Assembly (NCBI GenBank): GCA_020631955.1
Contig: JACKGL010000002.1
Location: 77,860-141,859 of the forward strand
Length of the DNA stretch: 64,000 nt
Direction: 5' to 3'
Source: Candidatus Nomurabacteria bacterium
GTDB taxonomy: Bacteria; Patescibacteriota; Minisyncoccia; Phycocordibacterales; UBA9973
Shown: piece by piece, positions 42,642 to 51,994 of the stretch
Layout: the number at the start of each line of letters is the position of its first letter
Position numbering within the stretch: position 1 is the stretch's first letter
Program-made: the position numbers and the translations under genes
The notes under the pieces: generated by a model
Told to the model about the DNA's origin: nothing
The model's input: the letters and a program-made list of their open reading frames with translations, nothing else
Databases searched by the model: none

Positions 42642-44684
42642 ATGAAAAAGAAGGCTTACATTATAATACTTGCGATGATATTAATATTTTCTCCTGCAAA
42701 TAAATCTTTTGCTTTTGATGCAGATGACTTCGCAAATATAGGTCAGTTCTATAATGATCTAAGTAAAAAATACACTGATTTTCTAGAAAAAAACAAACTA
42801 ATAAAAGACTTGGCAAATTCTGCAAAAGTAATAGTTCAAAAAAAGTTGTCCAATTCTGCTCTACTTAACATAACCAACTCTTCTGTAAATTGGATAAATT
42901 CTGGTTATTCAGACTGGGGAGCTTCTGGTGAACCGTTCTATCTAACTGATCCAAATTCATTTTTCAAAAATCTAGCTGATAAAGAAATAAATAAAATAGT
43001 AGATGAGATAGCTTTCAACCCAGAAAAAAATCCATACGGAGCATCTATAGCCCAAGATGTTATCAACGCTTCCTTAGATAATTTTGATGACAAATTTACA
43101 TTCACTTTAGAAAAAACAATAGGTGACAAATGGGAAGATTTTGAAGATGACTTCACTGTAGGTGGATGGAATGGATATCTAGATTTTATTACCAACCCAG
43201 CAAACAACCCTATAGGCGCAGCTCTTTTAGTACAAGATGAATTAACCAAAAGACAATCCACAGAAGTAGCTAATACGGAAAGAGAATTATCTAACAGTGA
43301 TGGTGGTGGATTTTTATCTCTAAAAGAGTGTGTAAAATGGAAAGATGACTCCCCCCCAGAAGATATAGATGGTTACACTTTTGATATACTAAGTGAGTTC
43401 GGTATTAGTGATAGCTGTGAAGAATACAGGACCACAACTCCAGGCTCTGTTATATCAAACACACTATCAGCAGTAACACAAACCACCTTTGAAAATATAA
43501 ACCTAAAAAATGCTTTAGGAGGGGATTTAATATCATCCCTAATAGACAACTTATTTACAAAAATACTTACTGATGGACTAAATTACATAACAAACTCAGT
43601 AAATATCGGAGAGAATTATATAACTGAAAATTATCTAGGTCAGGACATACTTGCCACCATAGGAAATATAGATATACCAGGAGTGGAGACTTTAAACCTA
43701 CAAGAGATTTTTGAAGGACAATTAGATCTGGAGACTCTCATATATGACACAAGTAACACTCCAGAACAATATACTCTAGACGAACTAGAAACAGTGAACG
43801 AGATACTGGCTTTATCTAAACAAATACCAGTATTGTTGAAAGACTTAGATGGCTGTATCCCAGGACCAAGTTATGGTTGGGAGCAACGTTTCGACGAAGC
43901 GTTAAACAGAACAATATCCACAATACTGCAAGACGACTCTAGTGTATACAACAATATACAAACATCGGCAAAACTAGTGAAAAGTATGATAAAAAATAGA
44001 TATTTGTATAGTGGAGCAAACATACCTTCAGCTTCTTCTATGAATTATATTATAGGTTCTACTATATCAAACACTAACCCAGGACAATATGAACAAACCT
44101 TGGGGAATAAATCATTAGCTTTATCTAGATTAAACAACCTAAAGAATGAGTATTTATCCACACCTCCAACAGATCAAGAAGCACTCAATCAGATAGCGAT
44201 CAGTTATTTAGCAATAGAAGAAAGTCTCAGTGATACAAGTACACTACAAAACACAGAAAATACAAAGAAACAACTACAAGATGATATTGATTATATAAGC
44301 AGTTTGATAAATCAATGTCAGACAGAAAAAAACACAAACACTTTTTGGGATGATGATGGAGATTTTGATACAAATGGTGATTATCTAGCAGATATAAAAG
44401 TAGATCTTTATGGAGACTATATCCCCGATGGTAATGGGGTTATGAGTGCTCCACATGTTGTAGACCTGGGCTTCGTAGCATCTCCTACTGGATACAGTGC
44501 CCTGACTTTTCCATTGCAAACAAACAGTAGTATAACCAATGAAATATACTTCTACTGCCAAAGTATAGTAAACGATAAAATAAATAGTAAACTCCTAGAA
44601 TACCACGGGGACTTTGTGTATGGGTTGGGACAAAATCTAAAGTGTCTGGAATTTTACTTTGGAGATGTGTATGATTATGAATAA
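42642..44684 (+). CDS. secreted hypothetical protein (680 aa)
   Basis: Signal-like MKKKAYIIILAMILIFSPANKSFA. N/S/T/D-rich; no motif recognised. Confidence 0.6.
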   Translation: MKKKAYIIILAMILIFSPANKSFAFDADDFANIGQFYNDLSKKYTDFLEKNKLIKDLANSAKVIVQKKLSNSALLNITNSSVNWINSGYSDWGASGEPFYLTDPNSFFKNLADKEINKIVDEIAFNPEKNPYGASIAQDVINASLDNFDDKFTFTLEKTIGDKWEDFEDDFTVGGWNGYLDFITNPANNPIGAALLVQDELTKRQSTEVANTERELSNSDGGGFLSLKECVKWKDDSPPEDIDGYTFDILSEFGISDSCEEYRTTTPGSVISNTLSAVTQTTFENINLKNALGGDLISSLIDNLFTKILTDGLNYITNSVNIGENYITENYLGQDILATIGNIDIPGVETLNLQEIFEGQLDLETLIYDTSNTPEQYTLDELETVNEILALSKQIPVLLKDLDGCIPGPSYGWEQRFDEALNRTISTILQDDSSVYNNIQTSAKLVKSMIKNRYLYSGANIPSASSMNYIIGSTISNTNPGQYEQTLGNKSLALSRLNNLKNEYLSTPPTDQEALNQIAISYLAIEESLSDTSTLQNTENTKKQLQDDIDYISSLINQCQTEKNTNTFWDDDGDFDTNGDYLADIKVDLYGDYIPDGNGVMSAPHVVDLGFVASPTGYSALTFPLQTNSSITNEIYFYCQSIVNDKINSKLLEYHGDFVYGLGQNLKCLEFYFGDVYDYE

Positions 44685-44736
44685 AATAAACTATTTCAAA
44701 TTTTGAAGTATACATAGTATAATTTACCTATATACT

Positions 44737-47256
44737 ATGCCCCAACTGCGACTAAAATTCAAAAAATACACAGTATTGACTTTGATACTAGTCTTTTTGT
44801 TTGGAAATCTTATTCCTTTAGCTAGTACTCATGCTGGGGAGATAGATCTTCACGAAGCTTTCTTGCGAGCAGATGACCCTGATACTGATAATCATTATCA
44901 AGAATACCTCACTACAGCGGCCAGTCTTTCTAAAGATGAGGTAGGGGGAACCGTGGTTAAATTTGACATAGCAGTAGGACCAAATGGAGAAGGTATGAGT
45001 CCTATGACTTGGAATGCAGACGGCACTATAGATGACGTTGGTGGTTGGTACCCGGTGTATAAAGATCAAGATGAGGATGTGATAGTGCCACAAGATTCTG
45101 ATCCTACACCTTCACCAGGGGGTGGAAGTTATGGTGTATATGTAGATATAGGTACTAGCCATGAAATAGAAAACTATTCTGATATATATTTGATACATAT
45201 CAATAAAATAGACACTGTCACAGATATAGTAAAAACAGTTGGTATTACAGATGCGATATTTAGCAATCCTGCTGCCTTCACAGCACAAATAGCAAATATA
45301 GAATATTACGTCACTGGTCTAGAAAAAAATACTACGTATTATGCTCAAGTAAGAATAGAAGAGAGAGACAGCAACGGCGTCTCACCCATAATAATACCTA
45401 TTCCTATAAGTATAGACTCTACAGCTTTTAGTAGTGTAATAGAATTTAAAACAACAGAAGAAGAAACTGCTTTAGATACTACAGTTACAACAGATGGGGG
45501 TACTTTTGTGGCTGCTTCCGAAGGAAACACTGAAAATCCAAGCATTCTCAAAGGTTTGGAGTGCAGTATTAATGTATTAAAAGGAGAATTCCAAATAGGA
45601 GCTTGTGTAATAGCTGGTCTTGCTTATATTTTTTGGGCCTTATTCCAAGTATCCGCTTTGTTACTCACAGTAGCAGCAGGTCTGATGGATGTATTTATAA
45701 ACTTCTCTTTGAGTAGTATTTTCTATTCTGGTAACTCTTTTGTAAATGAGGGTTGGAGGCTGGTAAGAGACGTGGTAAATATATTCTTTATTATATCGCT
45801 ACTTTGGACAGCTATATCTATCATATTAGGATTAGGCCAAGGAAGGACCAACCCTTACAAACAAATAGCTGCCATAATAATAGTGGCTATACTTATAAAC
45901 TTTTCTCTACTTTTATCTAAAATAGTAGTCGACTCCGGCAACGCTTTGGGTAGAATATTCTACAACAGTATAGAAGTCACAGGAGTAAAAGAACCCTCGC
46001 TTACTACAGGCACGGGACTAGAAGAGGTCAGTGTTTCGAAAGCTATAGTTAAAGGTCTTAATATAACAAAGATCATAAACACAGAGGCCATGGAGGGTCT
46101 TCGTGAACTAAAAAATACCAATACTGCAATAATATTTATTATTATTCTAGCTATAGCTATCAACGTCATAGCTATCATAGCTTTCTTGAAAATATCTATG
46201 GCTTTTGTTGGACGTATAGGGGGTATATGGCTTGCTATGATACTCTCTCCTTTTGCTTTTGTCTCGAAGATCATACCTGGTGGAGACAAGTTGGGTGACT
46301 ATAGTTTTGGTGGATGGTTTTCAAATCTGCTGAAAGTTTCTTTCATGGCACCTATCTTTTTATTCTTCTTATACTTGATAATACTTGTCATAAACTCCAA
46401 CTTTATAAACGGACTTCTTACTATACCTCAAGACGGACAAGCTTTTACTTTCTTCCAATTTATAATAATTATTTTTGTCCAAGTACTCTTGATTATAGGA
46501 CTCCTCAACAAAGCTAAAGATGTTTCTATAAAGATGGCTGGAGAAGTGGCAGGGCAAGTAGCAGGAGCTGTAAGAGGTCTCTTAGTCACTGCTGGCCTTG
46601 CGGCTGTAGGAGGTGCGGCGTTATTAGGGAGGGGGGCAGCAGCAGGAGCAAGTGCTTTTGGAAAGTCTGGACAAAGAGCGGCAGCCGGAACAAGTAGAAA
46701 TGGACTTGATAGACGTATCGGAAATTTTGCTAACAACACAAACTATACAAGAGGCTTCGAATCAAGACAAGAAAAAATTAATGCCCTCAAAAAAGGAAGA
46801 CGTTCTGAAAAAACTTTTGATAAATATTCAAAACAATTCACAAATGACCCGAAGGCAAAATACAAAGATCTAAGTGAAGAAGATAAATTACGTGTTATAG
46901 AAAAAATGCAAGGAAAATTAGGGGTAAGAGAAACTTCTAGACTAGAGTCTGAACTAAGCAATTACAATAATATGTCTAAATCAGATAAGAGGAAAGCCAA
47001 ACTATATCACAATGCATCTTCTGGTTCTTATGATATAAGAGACCTTGCAAATGTAAAACAGTGGTATCTAAAAATGCCGGCCATAGCTATAAGAGAGCTC
47101 TTTAAAAATGCTTCAGTGGAAACAGGAAAAGCACAAAAGAATTTCTGGAAAGATATAGGAGAGGCTATTAAAAAGGGAGCAGAGTCCGCAGATATAAAGC
47201 TCAATATAGACACAAGTAGTCGTAAAATAAAAGAAGATGAAGATAAAGATGAATAG
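44737..47256 (+). CDS. VirB6/TrbL-like polytopic membrane protein with an N-terminal extracellular FN3-like module
   Basis: 839 aa. Signal-like N-terminus; YVTGLEKNTTYYAQVRIEE is an FN3-like strand motif; seven or more TM helices from about aa 280 to 620; G/A-rich then K-rich cytoplasmic tail. The VirB6 assignment rests on topology and context only. Confidence 0.5.
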   Translation: MPQLRLKFKKYTVLTLILVFLFGNLIPLASTHAGEIDLHEAFLRADDPDTDNHYQEYLTTAASLSKDEVGGTVVKFDIAVGPNGEGMSPMTWNADGTIDDVGGWYPVYKDQDEDVIVPQDSDPTPSPGGGSYGVYVDIGTSHEIENYSDIYLIHINKIDTVTDIVKTVGITDAIFSNPAAFTAQIANIEYYVTGLEKNTTYYAQVRIEERDSNGVSPIIIPIPISIDSTAFSSVIEFKTTEEETALDTTVTTDGGTFVAASEGNTENPSILKGLECSINVLKGEFQIGACVIAGLAYIFWALFQVSALLLTVAAGLMDVFINFSLSSIFYSGNSFVNEGWRLVRDVVNIFFIISLLWTAISIILGLGQGRTNPYKQIAAIIIVAILINFSLLLSKIVVDSGNALGRIFYNSIEVTGVKEPSLTTGTGLEEVSVSKAIVKGLNITKIINTEAMEGLRELKNTNTAIIFIIILAIAINVIAIIAFLKISMAFVGRIGGIWLAMILSPFAFVSKIIPGGDKLGDYSFGGWFSNLLKVSFMAPIFLFFLYLIILVINSNFINGLLTIPQDGQAFTFFQFIIIIFVQVLLIIGLLNKAKDVSIKMAGEVAGQVAGAVRGLLVTAGLAAVGGAALLGRGAAAGASAFGKSGQRAAAGTSRNGLDRRIGNFANNTNYTRGFESRQEKINALKKGRRSEKTFDKYSKQFTNDPKAKYKDLSEEDKLRVIEKMQGKLGVRETSRLESELSNYNNMSKSDKRKAKLYHNASSGSYDIRDLANVKQWYLKMPAIAIRELFKNASVETGKAQKNFWKDIGEAIKKGAESADIKLNIDTSSRKIKEDEDKDE

Positions 47257-47270
47257 TATATAATATTATT

Positions 47271-48059
47271 ATGGACAAATCCCAAGAAACACTTACAGCA
47301 ATAATAGCAGAGCATATGAAAACACTTCCTCCAGAAGTGAAAGATGTTGTTACTGGTTTTGATTGGTTGCAAACACTCCAAGACATAGCAGCGAGATACA
47401 AACTCAACATAGAGCAACAAGGTGTTTTAGGTACTGAGGTGACTATGAGCATATTGGGTATTACTCATCCAGATGATTTTTCTCATGAGCTCCGCAACTC
47501 TCTAAACATAGGAAAAGAAGAGACAGAGAACATGATAGTAGATATAAATGAAAAAATATTCCGTCCTATCAGGGCCAAGCTTATAGGTGTGTACAATAAA
47601 AACCAAGAAGAGAAAGCTCGTCTTATATCTGGAGAAGAAGAGGAAGAAGAGTCTGAAGACATAAATGAGTATGCGGGTGAGAAAATATCTCTAGCCCAAG
47701 AACTAACAAGTGCTATGAAGAAAAAAGAGGAGAAGCCTATACCACAAATAGACAGCACTAAACAATTTTCAGAAAACATAGAAAAAGTGGGTCAGCAGCC
47801 AGAAACTCCAAAACCAATAGAACCAAAAATAATAAATCCGACTCCAGCACCTGCAACATTTGTAGAAAATAATACTCCAAAAGAAAAAGAAGTGTTCACT
47901 CCAGCAAAAGAAGACAATATGTCTTCCAATATACTAAACAACAAACTAGGAAATATGTTTGGTGTTGAGAGAAAAGATTCAGATCATACTATAAAAAGAG
48001 AGGGTTCTTCTACAGAAAAAACACAAAGTAGCACAGATCCGTACAGAGAAACGGTTTAA
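47271..48059 (+). CDS. hypothetical soluble protein (262 aa)
   Basis: ORF in the operon; acidic/proline-rich C-terminal half; no motif recognised. Confidence 0.5.
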   Translation: MDKSQETLTAIIAEHMKTLPPEVKDVVTGFDWLQTLQDIAARYKLNIEQQGVLGTEVTMSILGITHPDDFSHELRNSLNIGKEETENMIVDINEKIFRPIRAKLIGVYNKNQEEKARLISGEEEEEESEDINEYAGEKISLAQELTSAMKKKEEKPIPQIDSTKQFSENIEKVGQQPETPKPIEPKIINPTPAPATFVENNTPKEKEVFTPAKEDNMSSNILNNKLGNMFGVERKDSDHTIKREGSSTEKTQSSTDPYRETV

Positions 48060-48076
48060 TTTGCTATAATATAATC

Positions 48077-48490
48077 ATGAGATATAAGGTTCCCCAATTC
48101 ATAGAAGTGGAGGATAAGATAGTAGGGCCGCTTACTATAAAGCAGTTTGTGTATTTGGCTGGTGGAGGAGGTATGTGTTATGTACTTTACAAAGCTTTGC
48201 CTCTTGTCTTGGCCGCTCCTCTTATACTCGCTTTAGGTGGTTTTGCTTTAGCCTTAACATTTTATCGGGTAAATGGGAGACCTTTTATACAAGTAGTACA
48301 GTCATATCTGTCTTTTGCTGCTGGAGGAAAGCTTTATGTGTGGAAAAAATCCAACAAAAAAACCACTCAAACACAAAAAACCCTTCAAGTGCCTACACCC
48401 GCAGCAGGTCTACCTAGGATGAATGACAGTAGGTTGAAAGACTTATCTTGGAGCTTGGATGTTTTAGATATTAGTAAAGGGAGCCAATAG
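48077..48490 (+). CDS. PrgI-family (VirB3-like) small membrane protein
   Basis: 137 aa. MRYKVPQFIEVEDKIVGPLTIKQFVYLAGGGGMCYVLY followed by a second TM helix, a typical PrgI/TcpE-type layout immediately upstream of VirB4. Confidence 0.7.
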   Translation: MRYKVPQFIEVEDKIVGPLTIKQFVYLAGGGGMCYVLYKALPLVLAAPLILALGGFALALTFYRVNGRPFIQVVQSYLSFAAGGKLYVWKKSNKKTTQTQKTLQVPTPAAGLPRMNDSRLKDLSWSLDVLDISKGSQ

Positions 48491-48512
48491 CTCATGATAT
48501 AATGGTAAAATT

Positions 48513-49163
48513 ATGGCAATAGAAGCACGTTCGACACAATCATTTGTACCTATAAAAGAAGTTAGGGATGGAATCATAATACTAAAAGATGGCGGTCTTA
48601 GAGCTGTGCTTATGTGTTCTTCTATAAACCTTTCGTTAAAATCATTCGAAGAGCAGGAAGCTGTGCTAAGACAATTTGAAAATTTCTTAAATTCTTTGGA
48701 CTTTTCAGTAGAAATAGTTATCCAATCAAGAAGACACGACATAAGACCATATCTACTAAAACTAGAAGAAAGGATGCGAGATATAAATGAACCTCTACTC
48801 AAAATACAGATAAAGGAATACATAGAGTTCATAGAGACTTTTACCGAAAATGTAAACATAATGAACAAACAGTTCTTCATAGTAGTACCTTACACAAAAA
48901 GCAACATAACCCCAGGTAAAGCAGGGGGTATGTTGTCTAAAATATTACCTACAAGCAAATCAAGCAGTACTGTAGCCACCACTGGATCTTTTGAAGAAGA
49001 AAGGACTCAGCTAGAACAAAGAATAAGTGTGATTCAGGGAGGTTTGGCTAGATCAGGAGGTCTCCAGGTGATACAACTAGGGACAGAAGAAATTATTGAG
49101 AAATTTTATCAGACATTCAACCCAGGTGAAAACGTGGGTAATATTACAAATTACGAAGGATAA
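48513..49163 (+). CDS. VirB4-family N-terminal domain encoded as a separate ORF
   Basis: 216 aa. STQSFVPIKEVRDGIIILKDGGLRAVLMCSSINLSLKSFEEQEAVLRQFENFLNSLDFSVEIVIQSRR resembles the N-terminus of Gram-positive VirB4/TraE/PrgJ proteins. TAA at 49161-49163, and the next ATG is at 49166. Confidence 0.6.
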   Translation: MAIEARSTQSFVPIKEVRDGIIILKDGGLRAVLMCSSINLSLKSFEEQEAVLRQFENFLNSLDFSVEIVIQSRRHDIRPYLLKLEERMRDINEPLLKIQIKEYIEFIETFTENVNIMNKQFFIVVPYTKSNITPGKAGGMLSKILPTSKSSSTVATTGSFEEERTQLEQRISVIQGGLARSGGLQVIQLGTEEIIEKFYQTFNPGENVGNITNYEG

Positions 49164-49165
49164 TT

Positions 49166-50998
49166 ATGGGTATTATAGATAATCTGTTAGGAAAAAATAA
49201 TAAAAACATGGAAAGATCCAACACTAGTTTGGCGCCTGTTTTACCTGCAGATATATATGAAGCAGCCGCATTGGAACTCCAAGATGTGATAGCCCCTTCA
49301 GCACTTCAAGTAACATCTAAATCAATAAATCTAGGGGAAAAAATATCTCGTACTTTTTTTGTAATATCTTACCCTAGATATCTTACCGACAACTGGTTTT
49401 CACCTATCATCAACCTGGATAAAGTTTTTGATGTTTCTATACATATACACCCTATAGACACGTCAGCTGTATTGAAAAAATTCCAAAAGAAGGTAGCAGA
49501 GGTTCAGAGTCAAATAAACGCTAGAGAAGAGAGGGGTCTTGTGAGGGATCCTATGCTAGATACTGCATATCAAGACCTGGAAGAGCTTCGTGACTCTCTT
49601 ATGCAGGCGCAGCAAAAGCTATTTGAAGTAGGTGTATATATAACTATCTACGCTGATAATGAAAATGAACTTTTTAAAATAGAAACAGAAATAAAGTCTA
49701 TTTTGGATGCAAAGTTGGTATATATAAAACCAGCTCTTTTCCAACAAGAAGAAGGTTTTAAAAGTACACTTCCTATAGGAAGCGACTTGTTAAATGTTCA
49801 TCAAAAACTGAACTCTGAGCCACTTTCTTCTATATATCCTTTTGTTTCTTTTGACCTTACATCAAACAAAGGAATACTTTATGGTGTAAATAGACACAAC
49901 AACTCTCTTGTAATATTCGACAGATTTTCACTTGAAAACTACAACTCTATAACCTTCGCAAAGTCTGGTTCTGGTAAATCCTTCGCAACAAAACTAGAAA
50001 TACTTAGGTCACTCATGTTCGATATAGACGTTATAGTTATCGACCCAGAAAGGGAATATGAGTATCTTGCAGAAACAGTGGGTGGAAGATATTTCAACAT
50101 CTCACTTTCGTCAGATCACCATATAAACCCTTTTGATTTACCTATACCTTCAGCAGATGAAACAGGGGCAGATGTTTTGAGACAAAACGTGATACACCTT
50201 GTAGGTCTTTTTAGAATACTACTTGGTGGTCTTACACCAGAAGAAGACGCTATTATAGATAGAGCTATCACAGAAACATACGCTATAAAAGATATTACTC
50301 CAGACTCTGACTTTTCTAACATAGAGCCCCCTCTATTATCTGATTTTGAGATGGTTCTTTCAGGTCTAGAAGGAACGGAGTCACTCTTACAAAAATTGCA
50401 CAAATACACTCATGGGTCTTGGGCCAATTTCATAAACCAACCTTCAAATGTAGATATAAATAAAAAATTCGTTGTTTTCTCTGTAAGAGATCTAGAAGAC
50501 GAACTCAAGCCGGCGGCTATGTATATAGTGACACACTATATATGGAGCTCTGTTAGAAAAAATATCAAAAAAAGACTTTTGGTAGTAGACGAAGCTTGGT
50601 GGATGATGAAATCAGACGACACAGCTTCTTTCTTGTATTCACTAGCTAAAAGAGGGAGAAAGTACTATTTAGGGCTTGCTACTATCACTCAGGACGTGGG
50701 AGACTTCATGAGATCTCCTTACGGGGTTCCTATAGTCACCAACTCTTCACTTCAGCTTCTATTAAAACAATCTCCCTCTACTATAGATACACTACAAAAA
50801 ACATTTAACCTGACAGATGAGGAAAAGTTCCTATTGTTAGAGTCTGGCATAGGGGAAGGAATATTCTTTGCTGGGTTAAAACACGTAGCTATAAAGATAA
50901 TAGCTTCTTATACTGAAGAGCAGATAATAACCTCAGACCCATCTCAAGTGCTCCAAATAAAGCGTGCTAAGCAAGAGTACGACGATGTGGGCAATTAG
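49166..50998 (+). CDS. VirB4-like type IV secretion ATPase (ATPase body)
   Basis: 610 aa. Contains FFVISYPRYL, Walker A FAKSGSGKSF, VIVIDPEREY, Walker B LLVVDEAWWMM and LATITQD. Confidence 0.85.
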   Translation: MGIIDNLLGKNNKNMERSNTSLAPVLPADIYEAAALELQDVIAPSALQVTSKSINLGEKISRTFFVISYPRYLTDNWFSPIINLDKVFDVSIHIHPIDTSAVLKKFQKKVAEVQSQINAREERGLVRDPMLDTAYQDLEELRDSLMQAQQKLFEVGVYITIYADNENELFKIETEIKSILDAKLVYIKPALFQQEEGFKSTLPIGSDLLNVHQKLNSEPLSSIYPFVSFDLTSNKGILYGVNRHNNSLVIFDRFSLENYNSITFAKSGSGKSFATKLEILRSLMFDIDVIVIDPEREYEYLAETVGGRYFNISLSSDHHINPFDLPIPSADETGADVLRQNVIHLVGLFRILLGGLTPEEDAIIDRAITETYAIKDITPDSDFSNIEPPLLSDFEMVLSGLEGTESLLQKLHKYTHGSWANFINQPSNVDINKKFVVFSVRDLEDELKPAAMYIVTHYIWSSVRKNIKKRLLVVDEAWWMMKSDDTASFLYSLAKRGRKYYLGLATITQDVGDFMRSPYGVPIVTNSSLQLLLKQSPSTIDTLQKTFNLTDEEKFLLLESGIGEGIFFAGLKHVAIKIIASYTEEQIITSDPSQVLQIKRAKQEYDDVGN

Positions 50999-51994
50999 GT
51001 GCCTTATACTACAAAAATAGGTTATAATATAAGTGTGAAAAAGGTTTTAAAAAATCTCACTTTTTTGGTAGCTCTGTTTGTTCTACCTTTATTTTTACAT
51101 GCTGAGACTGGTGGTTTTGCTATAGGAATAGATCAATCACCACAAAATCCAAACCAAAAAGTAAAACTAACTATTTCTGGATATTTATATGACATAAATA
51201 GTGCTTCTGTGTCTTGGTTTAAAAATGACAAACCTATTCCTGGATCTGGTAGATCTATAACAGTCTACACTCCAGACTATGGTGTATATGACAATTACAA
51301 AGCAAAAATACAAATATCAGGTAATTATTTTGAAGTTTTTTATACTTTAGGTATAGAAAGTGTGGACCTGATATATGAAGCCGACAACACATACACCATG
51401 CCTTTTTATAAAGGTAGGCCCCTACCTAGTAAACAATCAGTAATAAAAGTCAGTGCTATACCGGGTTTTTCAAATGGTTCTTCTTTGGTAAATACTTCAG
51501 ATGTAGTATATGACTGGAAACAAAATGGTACAAACCAGGCGAACTACTCTGGTCTCGGAAAAAGATTTTATTTATACCAAAACAGTTATTTTTATAATGT
51601 AGATGACATAGAAGTATCTGTGTCCAGCAACGGAAAACTTGCATCTAAAGATGTTGCTGTAAATTTATACCCAGAAACTATAATGTTTTATGAGAACCAC
51701 CCAACACAAGGTGTCCTTTTTAACAAAAACTTAAGTTCTGGTGTTTTCCTCCCAAACAACTCTGAATACAGTATGGTGGCATATCCTTTCGGGTTTAGTG
51801 TAAAAGATGCGACAAATAAAGATCTTACTTATTCTTGGAAAATAAATAACGAAAAAATAAACACTCCGGACAAGAAAAATATTCTCAACTTAAGAACAGG
51901 GCCAGAAGCTGGGTACTCTGTTATCAACTTGAATGTAGATTCAATATCCAAACTTTATCAAGAAAGCGAAAAAAATTTATATGTTAACTATTAA
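50999..51994 (+). CDS. secreted hypothetical protein (331 aa)
   Basis: GTG at 50999 abuts the VirB4 stop. An alternative GTG at 51035 gives VKKVLKNLTFLVALFVLPLFLHA, a signal-like N-terminus. Beta-rich, with no motif recognised. Confidence 0.55.
   Translation: MPYTTKIGYNISVKKVLKNLTFLVALFVLPLFLHAETGGFAIGIDQSPQNPNQKVKLTISGYLYDINSASVSWFKNDKPIPGSGRSITVYTPDYGVYDNYKAKIQISGNYFEVFYTLGIESVDLIYEADNTYTMPFYKGRPLPSKQSVIKVSAIPGFSNGSSLVNTSDVVYDWKQNGTNQANYSGLGKRFYLYQNSYFYNVDDIEVSVSSNGKLASKDVAVNLYPETIMFYENHPTQGVLFNKNLSSGVFLPNNSEYSMVAYPFGFSVKDATNKDLTYSWKINNEKINTPDKKNILNLRTGPEAGYSVINLNVDSISKLYQESEKNLYVNY

Noticed and set aside
44694-44723. Possible internal promoter (TTTCAA-18nt-TATAAT) in the only sizeable gap of the 22-kb block
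   Set aside because: It is not reported as a feature. The -10 ends only 13 nt before the ATG, leaving almost no leader, the spacing is non-optimal and the region is generally A/T-rich. It is mentioned only as a caveat to the single-operon idea.
46314-46961. ORFs 46314..46517, 46369..46557, 46428..46739, 46652..46873 and 46743..46961 within the VirB6-like gene
   Set aside because: They are embedded in or antisense to the 839-aa ORF, in its Gly/Ala-rich region, which keeps several frames open. No independent signals.
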